From Aplysia californica (taxonomy: Eukaryota): a DNA stretch of 63,377 nucleotides. The position numbers were made by a program, and so were the translations under genes. The notes under the pieces were generated by a model. It was not told the DNA's origin. It saw only the letters and a program-made list of their open reading frames with translations, and made no database searches. Of this stretch, positions 41,080 to 54,789 are shown in pieces; position 1 is the stretch's first letter, and every line of letters starts with the position of its first letter. The stretch spans positions 1,084,872 to 1,148,248 of the forward strand of contig NW_004797277.1 of NCBI RefSeq assembly GCF_000002075.1. Reading direction: 5' to 3'.

Positions 41080-43610
41080 TATGGTATAAAGCGGGAGATT
41101 GATACAAGAATCACCACTGAGGGGCATCAAATACAGATATATGCACCATGCAATGACTCATACCCCGAAGAACAGCGACATCAGTTCAATGATCAACGGA
41201 GTGACCTTTTAAACGCCGTGGATGACAAAGGTAATGTAACAATCATGGGGGGCTTTCACGGCAGAGTGGAAACAGGGAAGACGACGTGGGGGGAGATACA
41301 TGAGGCCACACAGTGACAGAGGAACAGATCAAAACAGCTATGGAGAAATGCTATTACATTTGTGAATTTGTGCACAGAACATGACCTAGTCATATCAAAT
41401 ACCTTCTTCCAACAAAAAAGGAGTCAAGTTAAAACATGGTACAAATGGAATTACCTAAAGATAGCATCATAAATTGATTTTATCCTGGCCAAAAGATCGA
41501 AACTGAGAAAAATCAGAGACTCAAGAGTGATTCCCTTCTACATCATAGACACTGACCACAGACCAGTCTTCTTGACTAATGACACACCGAACAGGAAAAT
41601 GCCAGAAGCAAAAGAAACGACGAGAAGTCGTAAATCTCATAAATATAAATGACAATACCAAAGGAAAGAAACATGAACGTTTGAAAGATGTATTTCACAA
41701 ATTGCCCAAACAACCGGGAGACATTGAAGAGAAATGGAGCCACTTCAAAGAATGTGTGTACAGAACATTAAAAGAAGAGTGAGGCATCAGGAAAACAAGA
41801 GGGCAGAAAAAGAAAACAATTATATGTTGGAATGACCAAGTGAAGGAAGCCGTTCAACTGAAGAAAAAGATATTCAAAAAGTGGCAGAAATCAAAGACAG
41901 AGGAAGATTACATCCTATACAGAAAGGAACGCCGCTATACATCAAGGGTAGTAAAAAAAGCTAAGAACAGATCCTTGAGAGCATATGGAGAACGGCTGGT
42001 AACAAAATGTAAAGCAGACCCTTGAGAGTTTTACTAGAGAGCTAAAAAAGCATGAGGATGCCGGAAGAACCATTCAACCCTACTGAAATAGTCAATGATG
42101 AGAACGGAAACCCTATTTTCAGAAAGCCAAAGATTAAGGAAAGATGGAAACGCTATTTCTATGAGCTTCTGAATCCTACAGACAGGACAACACCAAACAG
42201 CTTCTCACTGAAAGAAACCACTCCAGAACCATCAATACTGCTGAGTGAAACACAACATGTTATAAAAGAAAAGCCCCACAAACAAAACGATAGGTGTTGA
42301 AAAGATCACAGCAGAAGAGATCAAAATATGCGGCCATATCGGAGAACTCTGGCTATGGAGGATATTATTTAACGTGGCCTGGGCGACAAAGGCAACCCAG
42401 AACCTACTGAGGAATATTCCTTCTCAGACCAATTGTAGAGACTCAACTCAATGAATCCCAGTTTGGCTTCAGAAAAGGCAGGGGCTGTACTGACGCTTTT
42501 TTGCATTAGGACAGTTGTGTGAGACTGCCTTTGGACGTTACAAGACCTCAATATCGTCTTCGTGGACCATGAAAAGGCGTTCGACAGGGTAAATAGACGT
42601 CAACTTTGAGAAGTCTAAGAGGAATATGGTGAAACAGGACAATTGTGGGAGAACATCATGACACTTTATAAAAACAGCCTGTGAGCCGTAAGATCAACAG
42701 AAGGACTATCGGACTGTTTCTCCATCAGGTCTTGGGTGAGACAAAGATGTGTTCTCTCTCCACTGCTCTTCATCACTTGCATGGATAAGATCACAAAAGC
42801 AGAAAACAACAACATAAATGAACTGAACGAGCTTCTATTTGCTGATGAACAAAGTAAATTAAATACAGATGAAGAGGAATCACTAAAACACATCACAAAA
42901 CTAATCAATGGGGAATTTAAACACCTAAACATGAAAATCTCCATTTCAAAAACAAAAGTTATAAAGGCTAAAAGAAACCCAGAGCGAGAAACTCAACATC
43001 TTTATTGACGGAACACAACTCCAACAAGTAGAGGAATTTAAATATTTGGGAAGCATCTTCACACAAGATGGGCGTATGGACAAAAAAAAAGAAACAAGTA
43101 CTATGAAGGCAAATGCAGTGACCTACCGGCTTGCACCCTTTCTCAGTCACAAGAACATCCCAACTGAAGTGAAATCCCAGCTCATCAATAGAATCTTCAT
43201 ACCAACCTTAACCTACCAGTGCCAAACATGGTCTCTAAACATGGCATGAGAAAGAAAAATCAATTCACGCGAAATTAGTTGTCTCCGCAAAATCACCTAC
43301 GCCACCAGACGAGACCGCATAAGGAACGAGACCAAACGGATACCAGTAGTAAATTTATTAGAGCGTCAAAGGGTCAAATGATTCGGACATCTAACCAGAA
43401 TGGACGAGAAACAACAAGCGGCTAGAGCTTACAACACCAGCAAATCTGGCTTTAAATCAAGAGGAAGACCAGGGAAGACCTGACTGGATGGGCATAAAAA
43501 GGCCCTGGAACAACATAATTAATTAACGTGTCTATCACAGACTACGAAACCTGTACCTCCCTTCGACATCCTAAGGATACCAGAGGAAGGAAAAAGTAAA
43601 GTAAAGTAAG
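41080..43610 (+). mobile_element. 5'-truncated, decayed RTE-clade LINE (APE endonuclease + RT)
   Basis: EN motifs (IYAP, ISNTFF, IDFIL, TDHRPV) and RT motifs (FVDHEKAFDRV, VRQRCVLSPLLF, LLFADE, FKYLGS, RGRP). Ends in an (AAAGT)n tail. Many stops. Confidence 0.92.
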
Positions 43611-45081
43611 AACTGAGAAGCAAAAGTGCTCACTTTGTTGAAACTGGCATCTTTCTTCAGGGTGGCTTCATCTGTGGAAAAAAGTAATAGGCTTACGCTG
43701 CTTATACCGTGAGTCATGGAAGGATGGCCGCTGTGGCGATTACAAGAGAAATAAGACGATAAGAAAGGTATATAATATAACGTAGAGAGAATGTGTGAAG
43801 TTGAAGAGCAGGTAATGTGGGATGGAGAAGAAAAGAGAGGTACGGTTATGAAAAACAGGAGGGGGTGNNNNNNNNNNNNNNNNNNNNNNNNNNNNNNNNN
43901 NNNNNNNNNNNNNNNNNNNNNNNNNNNNNNNNNNNNNNNNNNNNNNNNNNNNNNNNNNNNNNNNNNNNNNNNNNNNNNNNNNNNNNNNNNNNNNNNNNNN
44001 NNNNNNNNNNNNNNNNNNNNNNNNNNNNNNNNNNNNNNNNNNNNNNNNNNNNNNNNNNNNNNNNNNNNNNNNNNNNNNNNNNNNNNNNNNNNNNNNTTTG
44101 GAGGGGGGGGGGCATGCAGCGGATCCTACATTCCAGTTCATAGCATTTTTCGTTCGAGTTCAGAAAAGAAAGAAAATCTGGATCAGTACTAACAATAGAA
44201 CTAAGAAACTTTATCAAGCAAATAATTGATTCAGATACTTTAATAGGCGCCTCAATCTAATTTTGACTGTGTTAACTACACGAGTCCACACTCTTCATAC
44301 TAGATCTAGACACTACGCAATGAAACGCTTTGGGCCGGGGGAAAAAAAGGTGGGGGGGGGGGGCGAGCTCAGTGATAAGGAAATATTTGGGTCTGAAAAG
44401 TCCCGTTATCTCTGTACTATCGAAAGAACTAAGGCCCAATGTAAAGTCTTGAAACATCTCGAGACTCATAAGTCGCACATCGACCTGAAAAAAAAAGTTT
44501 TGAAGGCCACCCAAAGGTCTTCAAAGGTATGTATCGGACTTCAATGTTAGTCCCCTAAATTAAACAAAAATGTGGGCAGTTTGAACCCACTGTTGCGATG
44601 AGGCGTCATTTCCGGAAACAAAACTCAATAGGACTTTCCGAAGCCGAATCACGTTGCAGTGAGCGCGTTCACTGAAGTGCCTAAGCAAACGACTCCCGGC
44701 CTCGGTTTGTTTTGGTCGTGAAGTTAACAATCAAATTCAAAGTTATTTCTATTCAAACGACAACATGCCATATAAATGCAGTTTCTTAATGTTTCAACTT
44801 TTGAATCGAACGTTTTCTGCTTGCATTGCCTATGCTTACATTATTATTGTTTTGTTTGGGGTTTACTTCGCGGACAGAGCCATACGGATAGCACCACATG
44901 TAAATAAGGGTGGCTAAAAATAAAGGAAAAAATAAGATTTTTTCCAATCCTCAGTCTGACTCCAACGGGCATGACAAACTTTTATTTCATGTGAGACCCT
45001 TGAATGAACCCTCTTGTTCACATGACAGGTCATTTGAACTTTGATGTTTCGGATCTATTACACCAGCTGATATCAGTATGG

Positions 45082-45250
45082 TATTAACAAAAAATATTAC
45101 ACTCGTTATGTTGGTAAACAATGATTTATCCTACTTGTGAAATTGCCAGTTGCAATCACTCGTTAAAACTCGTGATTACAACTTCGCAATTTCACTCGTA
45201 GGGTAAATCATGATCTACCACCATAACTCATGTAATAAATTCTTTAAGTA
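45082..45250. mobile_element. Palindromic (fold-back) non-autonomous element
   Basis: Two imperfect arms of about 80 bp around CACTCGTTAAAACTCGTG. Confidence 0.7.
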
Positions 45251-45493
45251 CAATCTTTGAGTGCGGTCAAAAATTCGTTTAACAACTTTTCCTCAAATAT
45301 CTCCATATAATGGGTGAATCACTGTCACCTATACTTTGCTCATCAGTTTGCAGCAACTTTTTTTTAGAAATGATCTTTGTACCAGAAAATGCACTAAAAT
45401 GCACTTCCTCAAAATACCCCATACGGTACCTTTCACCAAGCACACACCATGGATGTTATAATACTATTTATAACCTCTTCGGCACAAACACTA

Positions 45494-46154
45494 TAGTGCA
45501 GCCAACAATTCGTGGCACAATTTATCCTCAATATCTCTTTAATGGGTGAAACAGTGTCACCTATACTTTGCTCAGCAGTTTGTATCAATTTGTCTTAACT
45601 TAATCATATTTTTCCTCAATAATTGAGGCAGATTAAAAACCTTTTCTCTATAAATTTATAAAATTTAATATTATGAATCTCCATCACGCGAAAAATGGGT
45701 TTGTTCATAATATAACACTTCCCGTTTCTCATACACATTTTGTATACGCATAATTATGACCTACGTCACAGCTCACCAATGACACTTTTTAACGACAAAA
45801 CTTGTAACAAGAAATTAATTTTAAAGTGAACCCATTTTATATTTAATAAAGGTTCTCAAAATGTGCGTTCAATAAACATCATGTCGCAATAAGAAAAATA
45901 ATGACCGACTTGCTTTTTATAGCGATGTTGCCAAGCTGAAAACCGGTTAAAATCTGCAGAAACCACCCACTAGGATAATTGATTAGTGTTTATTAAAGTA
46001 TTTCCAGAATACAACTAACTAATGTTTACAAAAATATTGATCAGTTAAGACAAGTTGACTAAAGTCATTGTGCAAAAGCTGGAGAGTCCACTGTCAATCG
46101 TTTAGGAAATATTTGACTATAATTTGCGCCTTGAATTCATTTTTGACCACAATA
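45494..46154 (+). mobile_element. Tc1-type MITE family B, copy 2 (extra left end at 45260-45360)
   Basis: Homologous to 18245-18825 (TGTCACC.ATACTTTGC.CAGCAGTTTGTATCAATTTGTCTTAA; GAAATATTTGACTATAA). Confidence 0.75.
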
Positions 46155-46292
46155 TAATATTAGAATTGCGTCGCAATTCACAATTATTTCCATAGCATGC
46201 TCGTCTGTGATTCATACTGGCTAGGACCGAATAAGACAGAACTATCAAGTTGAACATGTTTTTAAAATATTTATTATGCTGTTGCTACAAAC

Positions 46293-46952
46293 CCCAACCC
46301 GAAAGACCTGAATGAGATGCTGTTTGCGGACGATCAAAGCCTGACATTTGAGAAAGAAGAGCAACTTCAAGAGCACACAGACAGGCTGAATACACAATGT
46401 GAAAAGCTCAACATGAAGATCAGTAAAAGCAAAACGGAGACCATGAAAATCAGCAGCTACCAGCTTTCCCCACTCCCCAAACATCCTGACATCCCCATCG
46501 AGACAAAAGCCAAGCTCATTAACTGTATCTTCATCCCCACCTTGACTTACCAGTAGCAGACATAGACCGTGGCCAAAAGTCTGGATCGTGAGATAACAAC
46601 CGGCGAGATGAGATATCTAAGGAGAGCCGTCGATAAAACCAGACAGGGACATGGTCAGAAACAACAAGATCAAAGGAATGGTGGGATCAACACCTGCCAT
46701 CCACTACATTCGAAGGCAAACAATCAGGTGGTTTGGACACCTCACACGTATGACACCTCACGAGCTTGCCAGTAAAGCCTAGCACAGAAAAGTATCAGGG
46801 TATAAGGCAAGAGGAAGACCAGGGTGTGAAGGATACCTTGAGAACATACAATATCCCACCCAGCCAGGCTATCAAGCTTGCTAGAGACAGGGAACTCTTT
46901 CTCCCCTTGACTCCCTAGAGGTACAAGAGGACGGATAAAGTAAAGTAAGTAA
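46293..46952 (+). mobile_element. 5'-truncated, internally deleted RTE LINE
   Basis: MLFADDQ...LNMKISKSKTE...IFIPTLTYQ; (AAGT)n tail; TSD GCTACAAAC at 46284-46292 and 46953-46961. Confidence 0.9.
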
Positions 46953-49900
46953 GCTACAAACGTACACATACCTTTTAATCAAACAGTACGCGTTATCGAG
47001 AACGTAAAGTCCCACAACACTCCAACCCCCCCCCCCCCCCCCGCCCCCCGGCTTATCATCCATTCCCTTTTCCTTTCTGAATGTAAGTGAAAAACTAATA
47101 GAATAGCGAAACTGTTTCCTGATACGAGCAAATAAAAAACCCAACCCCCTCCTCTCCCAAAACTTTCTAAAAAAAACTGTGGTACTGCAGAATCCACCAG
47201 CCGTATAAATAGACCCTGAAAAAATGCCAGGCAGCGGAGATTGAAAGACTCCAAGAAACTTGGCCATCAATTAAGATCCTTGAGAAGTGTTCGAACATGT
47301 TTTGTTTACCTCAATGTGCCGTGCGGCTGCATTCCCCGGAGACAGACCAGGAAGAGACGATGGGTCCCATGGAAAAACGTCATAAATCCATTTACAACAA
47401 AAATGAGGAAACATTAAAAAATAATATAGAATTGAAAAATAAAAGTATGAACCTAACACAACTCTTTCATACTAGATTTCGAACGATACGGTAAATTTTG
47501 AGTTTAGGAAATTCTCTCTCACTACAATATTTAATTAATAATAAAATTCTGGAGTGAAAACAATTTCCTGAAGTCCTCAGCTTTGTCGTTTAGCGCGTTT
47601 TACAACAGATCTCTTAGGATATTACAATAAAGATATACATAATTAATAAAGCGTGATCTCTTTGTCCTCAACAGACAAGTAAATCAGAGTTGCTTTGTTA
47701 GAGTTGATTCCCTTTTCATCATAAGAAATCACTTATATTGCCATTGTGGCCTTAACATCTCCGTATTTTTTATTGTTGAAGAGCTCCCAGGTGTGATAGC
47801 AAGTATAGGTAAGAGAACTTGTATCGACAAAGGCGTCCCTTCAAAGCTCTAGCAAGAATCATCAGAAATGGACTTTTGTGACTATTTTTAGACATTATAT
47901 TCTTTTTCACTGTTTTCTTTTACTCCAGGAACATAGCTGCACAACAGGAAGCGTGTACTAGTAGGACTGTCTCAGTGTCTTTTGCCCCTGCCCCAGTGTA
48001 ATCTCTCGGGAAAGGAACACGCTTTGTTTCTCCTACTCTCAAAGGTCTTTGTGGTATATTTGTCTTAGCTAAAATCCAGACAGTGTTTCAAACAATAGGT
48101 CTGGCAAACAAATGCTGGCGTATGTTAATGCCAGAGATCGTGCGTCATCCTGTGATAAATTGTAATACCTCAATGTCTACAACTGTCCAAGAATACAATT
48201 TATCTATTTCCTCGAGGAAAACCATTTCATTTTTTTTACTGAGACGTTTTGGGATGCTGCGTGATGTTATGTATGACGACTGTTCTCTATGGATCATACG
48301 TCACAGAGGCGTGTTAGCATCATTCCATAGACTGCTGCCCTGAAATATATTATTGCACAGAAAGAGAAAAATAAATGAGGCAGCTTTTTTCAGAGATCGC
48401 TACATTCAGAAATCAATAGTTCTACTTGACAACGTAATTATATTCTTAAGTACAAGAGCGTGCCATTCGTCTTCAACGTATTGTTTTAAAGACATAAAAG
48501 AGACAGAAATACACAGTTTGCTATGTATTAATACTGGTAGTGTTTCGTTTTTGAAAAGAGCAAAGCGATTGGATCTTATTTATTTATATTAACGATCAGG
48601 TTTTTTTAGACAGTGCCATTGTTTGAATGATTGATTATTGGAAGTCTCCTTTGTGTCAAAAAGTCTACCTTGTTTTGTACAGGCCATCCATTTGAAAAAT
48701 AATCTTGTTGCCATAGAATGATTTGAGATTTTCTTTTGTGCTGGAGCCTGAGATTTTGAAAATTATGTAATATCCATTTTTATACCGTACATGAAATTAT
48801 TAAAATATTGTGTTTCCGGTTAAATAAATCCTTATATTTCACACAACAGCATAATATTTAACGTGTAAAATTTAGGGTTGTGGGCATACATTGCATGAAT
48901 TACTCCACCCACTGCATTCGCCTCACTTGTTGGTTCGTTTTGATTGCGAAGCCCAGCATCGAAATAACCTGTGTTCTAATAACACCATGGTAAAAAGGTA
49001 ACCGGAAATCAGCGACAAAGCTGTGCCCAATGAAATTGAGTGGGGACAAATCAAAACACCCCCTCTCCTAAATTAGATTATTAAGTATATAAATGATTAA
49101 TTAATAGATAAATGAATAAATGAATAAATGAATATATGAATGAATGAATTGAGAAAAAAAAATAAACACATGCACGCGTTCTCACATTTTATTTCTCCCT
49201 CCCATTGTAATAGAACTTGAAATTTATTTTTCATGTTGTAGCTCTTGAGTGAAGACATCTGCCCACTCGACTGTTTCTTTATTCATTTTTAGTCTAGACT
49301 CCCTTTGTCAGCGGATACCAGTATCGAACATATTATAATAATATATATGTGGGACTTTTAAAAAAGTAGAAGTCCTTCTCCCCAGGCTTGTACCAATACA
49401 GAAACTTAAATGCGCATGAAATGTGAGCTTGTTATAGATTGTTTTGTATTTGTGTACCGTTTTACTATCTCCATGAGAAATTCGAACCTAGCATACCTTA
49501 CACTTCAGGAGATATGGATGCTTTTTAGGCCAAAGTAGAAGAAAAACGTTTTTCCCCACGATTTTGTTAATAACTTAAAATAGATAGGTATACCATTTAA
49601 CTGTTTTGCTGTTACTTCTGTCTTTTTTTGTATTGAGATTGTACACCCAATTTATACGAAAAAAAATCGTTTTCAACTCAATTGCTTGGGGCAGCTGACT
49701 GCAGGGGGCATGGCAAAGAATGTCCCCAGTAAATCACTTTCCTCTCCTTTACCGACCGCGTTTTGCCTCACTGAAGTCAGGATAGCACCGTTCTGGATCT
49801 CTTTTGCTTTTAATTAAAATTATCTCCCTTCGTCGCGCTCCATCAAAACAGATTTGGGCAGGAACTACGTAAGAGTATCTTTCCAGGAGGAGTCAAAACA

Positions 49901-50953
49901 ACCAACTAGAGACAACTGGACCCTAATTCCTTGCCGAAACCGTCACTTTTTCATACTGTTGTCAAAGCCTAATGTTGTTTATTTTATGTGTTTTCGATAG
50001 TTTAGATTCTCATGAGTAAACATTATGCATGGAATGAGGCAAGCAATTGGGGTTTAGACTTCATGATTTTTCAAACACACTTACTTCCCCTTCCGTTACT
50101 TCCAACCATGTTACCGGAACTGGGAATACGAGTAGTAATGGAAAAGATCAACGGTAACGGAAAGGAAAACAATAATTATATATGACAGGCATAAACAAAC
50201 TATGGTCTGCGGGCCAGAAAATGTCTATAAGTAGTTTCAGTTTGGCCTCGCTAGTCGATCCATTAATTAATATTTCACGAAGCTAATTAATAAAAACATA
50301 ATTGCCCGACTTGAAAATCCATATATCTTTACACAAAGAGGTGTACTGTTGGTTCCAATCAGTGAAAAATTGGAAATGATATTACATGAGCATTTAAGTG
50401 CGGAAGATTCCCTAAGGAATGAAAAATGCAGCCGTTAAAAAAGTGAAAAGCAGTTTCAGAGTATGTATAATTTTATAAAAAAGTTACATCTTGCACACAG
50501 TATGCATGCATTTAAAATACATATTAATATCTATTCCACAGCAAAGCGGTTTGGACATTATGCTGCCTCAAAAGACAACCTCACAAAGGATAAAGTAATG
50601 ATTCACTTTGACTTGGCACATAATTATCATGGAAAGTGTTCATTTGAAGTCATAATCCTTTAGATCAGTGCATCCAAGCCTCCAATTAGATTGCATACTG
50701 GTTTTTATATTGTTGAAGATAAGACTAATTTCTAATCTTTTGGGGGTTTTTTGTCTCTGAGTGTGAGTGGCAGACTTTGCTAAGATTCCTCATCAACTTA
50801 GGCACATTTCACTCATTAGCCCCATATAATTTAGCACATGCATTTACTCAGTGTTGGTTCTTTGATACTGTATAAACAGAAAACCTTTGCTATCTCCCGA
50901 GCAAGCAAATGTTTAAATAATATAATAATGTTAGTATCTTCACAAAGACATAG

Positions 50954-51695
50954 GCGACACGACACTGAGGAATCAGGGACTCGTAAATTTTTGGGCATAT
51001 GGAGTTATTGGTATCATCTTAAAGCCTGTTCACTTGCCTTACTTTGGACGAAAAAATACCCCTTCCATCTTGAACAGAAGTCGAGATATTTACTATTGAA
51101 GAAGGTAGGGGCCGCCTGGTTTCAGAGGTAAAATTAGCAAGAAAATGGCCACCAAAGTTTGGGTACTTCCATAGCTTAAGAGGTCTCGAAAACTGACAGT
51201 TTTTGTGCCATAAATCAATATTTTTCAATAAAATTAACACAAAAATGTGTTTTAACTCTTTAAACCCTGAGTTTTTCCCACCGTTTCCCGGGAGTTTTTG
51301 TCTACAGTCACCAAAATCTTGAGAAATATGTCTCATTATAACTCCAAAAGCTTGCCTCCTACTTCTAAATGGCGGAAACAAAGGCTTAGTCATTACAAAA
51401 AAAAACTTTCTCTAGGAACATTTCCGACCAAGAATAAAAAACTAGCTCTAGATCTAAATAAAATGAAACAGTTGTCACTAGTATCGGACGCTCCCAGCGT
51501 CCGACGGGGAACAGCTCTATTACCGCCGGACGCTCCCAGAAACCGATGGGATCTAAAGAGTTAAATGGACCTTAAAGGTGTTGAGTCAAAACAAAACAAA
51601 ATTCATTTTAAAAAAATTGCCAGACGTACAGAACAATGCAAGTTTCTACGACTCCATTATTTTGAGGAGCGCCTGATTTCACCACTATGTCTGAC
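50954..51695 (+). mobile_element. MITE family A, copy 3 (interrupted)
   Basis: Colinear with the other family A copies, flanked by ATAG/ATAG, split by the 51256-51560 insertion. Confidence 0.8.
51256..51560. mobile_element. piggyBac-like non-autonomous element
   Basis: TTAA at 51252-51255 and 51561-51564. TIR CTCTTTAAACCC / GGGATCTAAAGAG. Absent from sibling MITE copies. Confidence 0.8.
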
Positions 51696-51949
51696 ATAGG
51701 CCTGTCTACCTTCACTCAGTCCTAGATTTTTTATTAGTTCCTTCGCCATGAACTGATGATGACCATTGACATCCAAAGAGGAAGAGAAGTTAAAGACTAT
51801 GCTGGCTACCTCACTACCAAAACACTCCAGTTGTCAGGTCTTTGGGTAATTTTATAGCCACTTTCAATATTGTAAGGTTATTTAGGACGCGGTACTTTAG
51901 GTTTTGCGTCCTTCTCCAATAGGTCCAACGTAAATATACTTTGTATATA

Positions 51950-52014
<65 letters not shown>

Positions 52015-52974
52015 GGTAGGGTGGGGAGGGGAGTTCGATCGGTTGGGTATCGTAAGGGGGGGGGGGGGGTGAGGGAGCGATGCAGTGGCAACATCAGAAA
52101 AATATGCTGCCAAAGATTTTTGAAAAGGTGTTGAAGAGAACTTCAGCGATTATAGGATAGCGATCTGAGGGACAGAAANNNNNNNNNNNNNNNNNNNNNN
52201 NNNNNNNNNNNNNNNNNNNNNNNNNNNNNNNNNNNNNNNNNNNNNNNNNNNNNNNNNNNNNNNNNNNNNNNNNNNNNNNNNNNNNNNNNNNNNNNNNNNN
52301 NNNNNNNNNNNNNNNNNNNNNNNNNNNNNNNNNTTCAATATTTGGGAGAAGACAAATACATGCGGTACATCGTGATGTGGCTGTACAATATCAATTACTG
52401 CGTGCTAAAAGCAAAAATAAATTGAGTGCGGCAAAACCGCCTTTATAAATGAAACATGATATTTATTCATTTAACAACGACAGAAAAATCAAGCAATAGT
52501 TTTCAAATGTCAAGAAGTTATTGGTCGCAAGGGAAGGACGTAACATTAGCTGTCCAAATGTGTACAGGTCCCTTAACCCCGCCCCCTCTTTTTACTCGGA
52601 ATGAGGCCCGATCTTTTATTGTTGATTACTCTGATTATACTTCCCAAGTGTCTTCCACTGGTGACCCCCTTACCCAGATCTAAATGACCACGTCATCTGT
52701 TCTTATTCGTGACATATGTTAATGTGGTTCTTTTCACCATTTCAGCAGAATCAGCAGAAGGTCAATGATTTTTCGGTCCAGTTTTCCCCGAATTTAATCA
52801 TCAAAAAATTTATCTGAGGCAATTCTATAGTCGGAGATATTTTCTTTTTTTCGAGAGTTGCTCTCGTGAAAATAACGTCCTCGACATAATCAGTTAGAGG
52901 CAGTCAAAATATGTCGACATCTTGTATTCCTTGTTTTAAAAAAATGTTTTTGATAAATGTGTCTGTTGCCTTAT

Positions 52975-53407
52975 GTGAGGCAGCGTGGTGGAATCAGGCT
53001 CTCGTCAAAATAATCAAAATGTAGAAATGCATTTTTCCGCAGGTTTGTGAATTTTTTATCAAATTTTTGTTTTTTGGCACAACACCTTTCCTGCCCATTA
53101 AAGAACTCATTTCTGTGTGGATTTTTCTGTAAAGCGTTGATTATAGGCATAAAAAATGTAAATCTTTAGTTACCACGGACTCTTAAGCTAAGGAAATAAC
53201 TAATCTTTGGCGGCCATTTTCTCATTAATTTTACTTCTGAAAACAGGTGATCCCCGCCGCCTTCTTTTGCAAATATCTCGACTTGTATTCAAGACAAATG
53301 GATATTTTTAAAATCCAAATAAAGACAAGTGAACAAGCTTTAATGTGATACCAATAACTCTACATGTCCAAAATTGACGAGAGCCTGATTCCACCACGCT
53401 GCCTCAC
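52975..53407 (-). mobile_element. MITE family A, copy 4
   Basis: Close inverted homologue of 11645-12084 with near-perfect TIRs and TSD TTAT. Confidence 0.9.
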
Positions 53408-53413
53408 TTATTT

Positions 53414-53865
53414 TATTGTACCATATATATCATCCCAACACTCACTTATCAATGCCAAACATGGATCACGAACAAGACATTAGAGCAAAGAATTACAACT
53501 TGTGAAATGCGAGGCCTTAGAAAAGCAATAAACAAGACCAGGCGAGACAAAATTAGAAACTCAGTAATCCGAGAAATAGTGCGCACAAATGATGTCATGC
53601 ATCACATCTAACACCAAAGAATCAATTGGTTCGGACATCTCCCACGATTACCAACACACCATCCAGCAGAACGTGCCTACATAAAAAATTCGATGGCAAC
53701 AAGGCTAGAGGGCGACCGAGAAAGACCTGGAATGATGGAGTCAGGGAAACATTAACCGCCCGCGGCATCCACCTGACTCAAGCTCTCCGGCTGGCGACAG
53801 AGAGACGTCTCTTTCTTCCTGCGACACCCAAAAGGGTATAAGCGGAGGAAAAAAAGTAAAATTAA
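53414..53865 (+). mobile_element. RTE LINE 3' fragment, related to 41080-43610
   Basis: IIPTLTYQCQTW...CEMR.LRK...TRRDKIRN...WFGHL...RGRPRKTW, ending in an AAAGTAAA tail. Confidence 0.88.
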
Positions 53866-54587
53866 GCCTTATTTAGTAGAGGAGCACGTCTTAAAGCAAA
53901 TCACTTGAGACTCAAGTCCTCATAATAATCATTTCCACTCTCGTACTTTCCGAAGTGCCTTGGTCGCCTGATGAAATCACGAGTTCCACACGAAGAAAAT
54001 TTTGTAGAAGCGAGAAAAAAACTGTTTTTCTCCGTCCTTCGGCGTTGAAGACATAAACTAAAAGGATGAATCTAGTACAGTACCTTTAAGAAATAAGGCT
54101 AAAGTATTTTACAAACCGCGGATGGTCTTTCTTTTAAAAAAAATCACAATTTGTTTTTCGAATCTCGCCTGATGTGGTCGTGAATTCCACAATCTGTGAA
54201 ATAAACGATTTCATCAGTGGGCCTTATGAAACGCCGTGTTGTATTCACGGTTATTAGGCATTGTTTTTTTTTCTCTTATTAGAGGTCATGATACATTTAA
54301 AAATAACATTATGAAAACAGTCAACATTGTCATAAAAAAGATTTGAAATGACCATTTTAAAACTGAGTATGAAGTTAACAGACGGAGAAAAACAGAATGC
54401 TGTCTCATAATTCTTACCACTATTNNNNNNNNNNNNNNNNNNNNNNNNNNNNNNNNNNNNNNNNNNNNNNNNNNNNNNNNNNNNNNNNNNNNNNNNNNNN
54501 NNNNNNNNNNNNNNNNNNNNNNNNNNNNNNNNNNNNNNNNNNNNNNNNNNNNNNNNNNNNNNNNNNNNNNTCAAATGTGTGTTTGTT

Positions 54588-54607
54588 TGTATGTATGTAT
54601 GTATGTA

Positions 54608-54669
<62 letters not shown>
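54588..54669. repeat. (TATG)n/(TG)n microsatellite
   Basis: Read directly. Confidence 0.97.
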
Positions 54670-54670
<1 letters not shown>

Positions 54671-54789
54671 ATACCCTTTATTTCTTCCAGTGGATATGGA
54701 TTTGTTTGTGGGGGGGGGGGGGGGGAGAATTGTATGGGTCGAAAATCTGATTTTCATCAAATTCTATACCCCGTGAATGGGTGAATGAG

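Noticed and set aside
41080-43610. Domesticated or active reverse transcriptase
   Set aside because: All RT and transposase copies in the window carry multiple stops or frameshifts.
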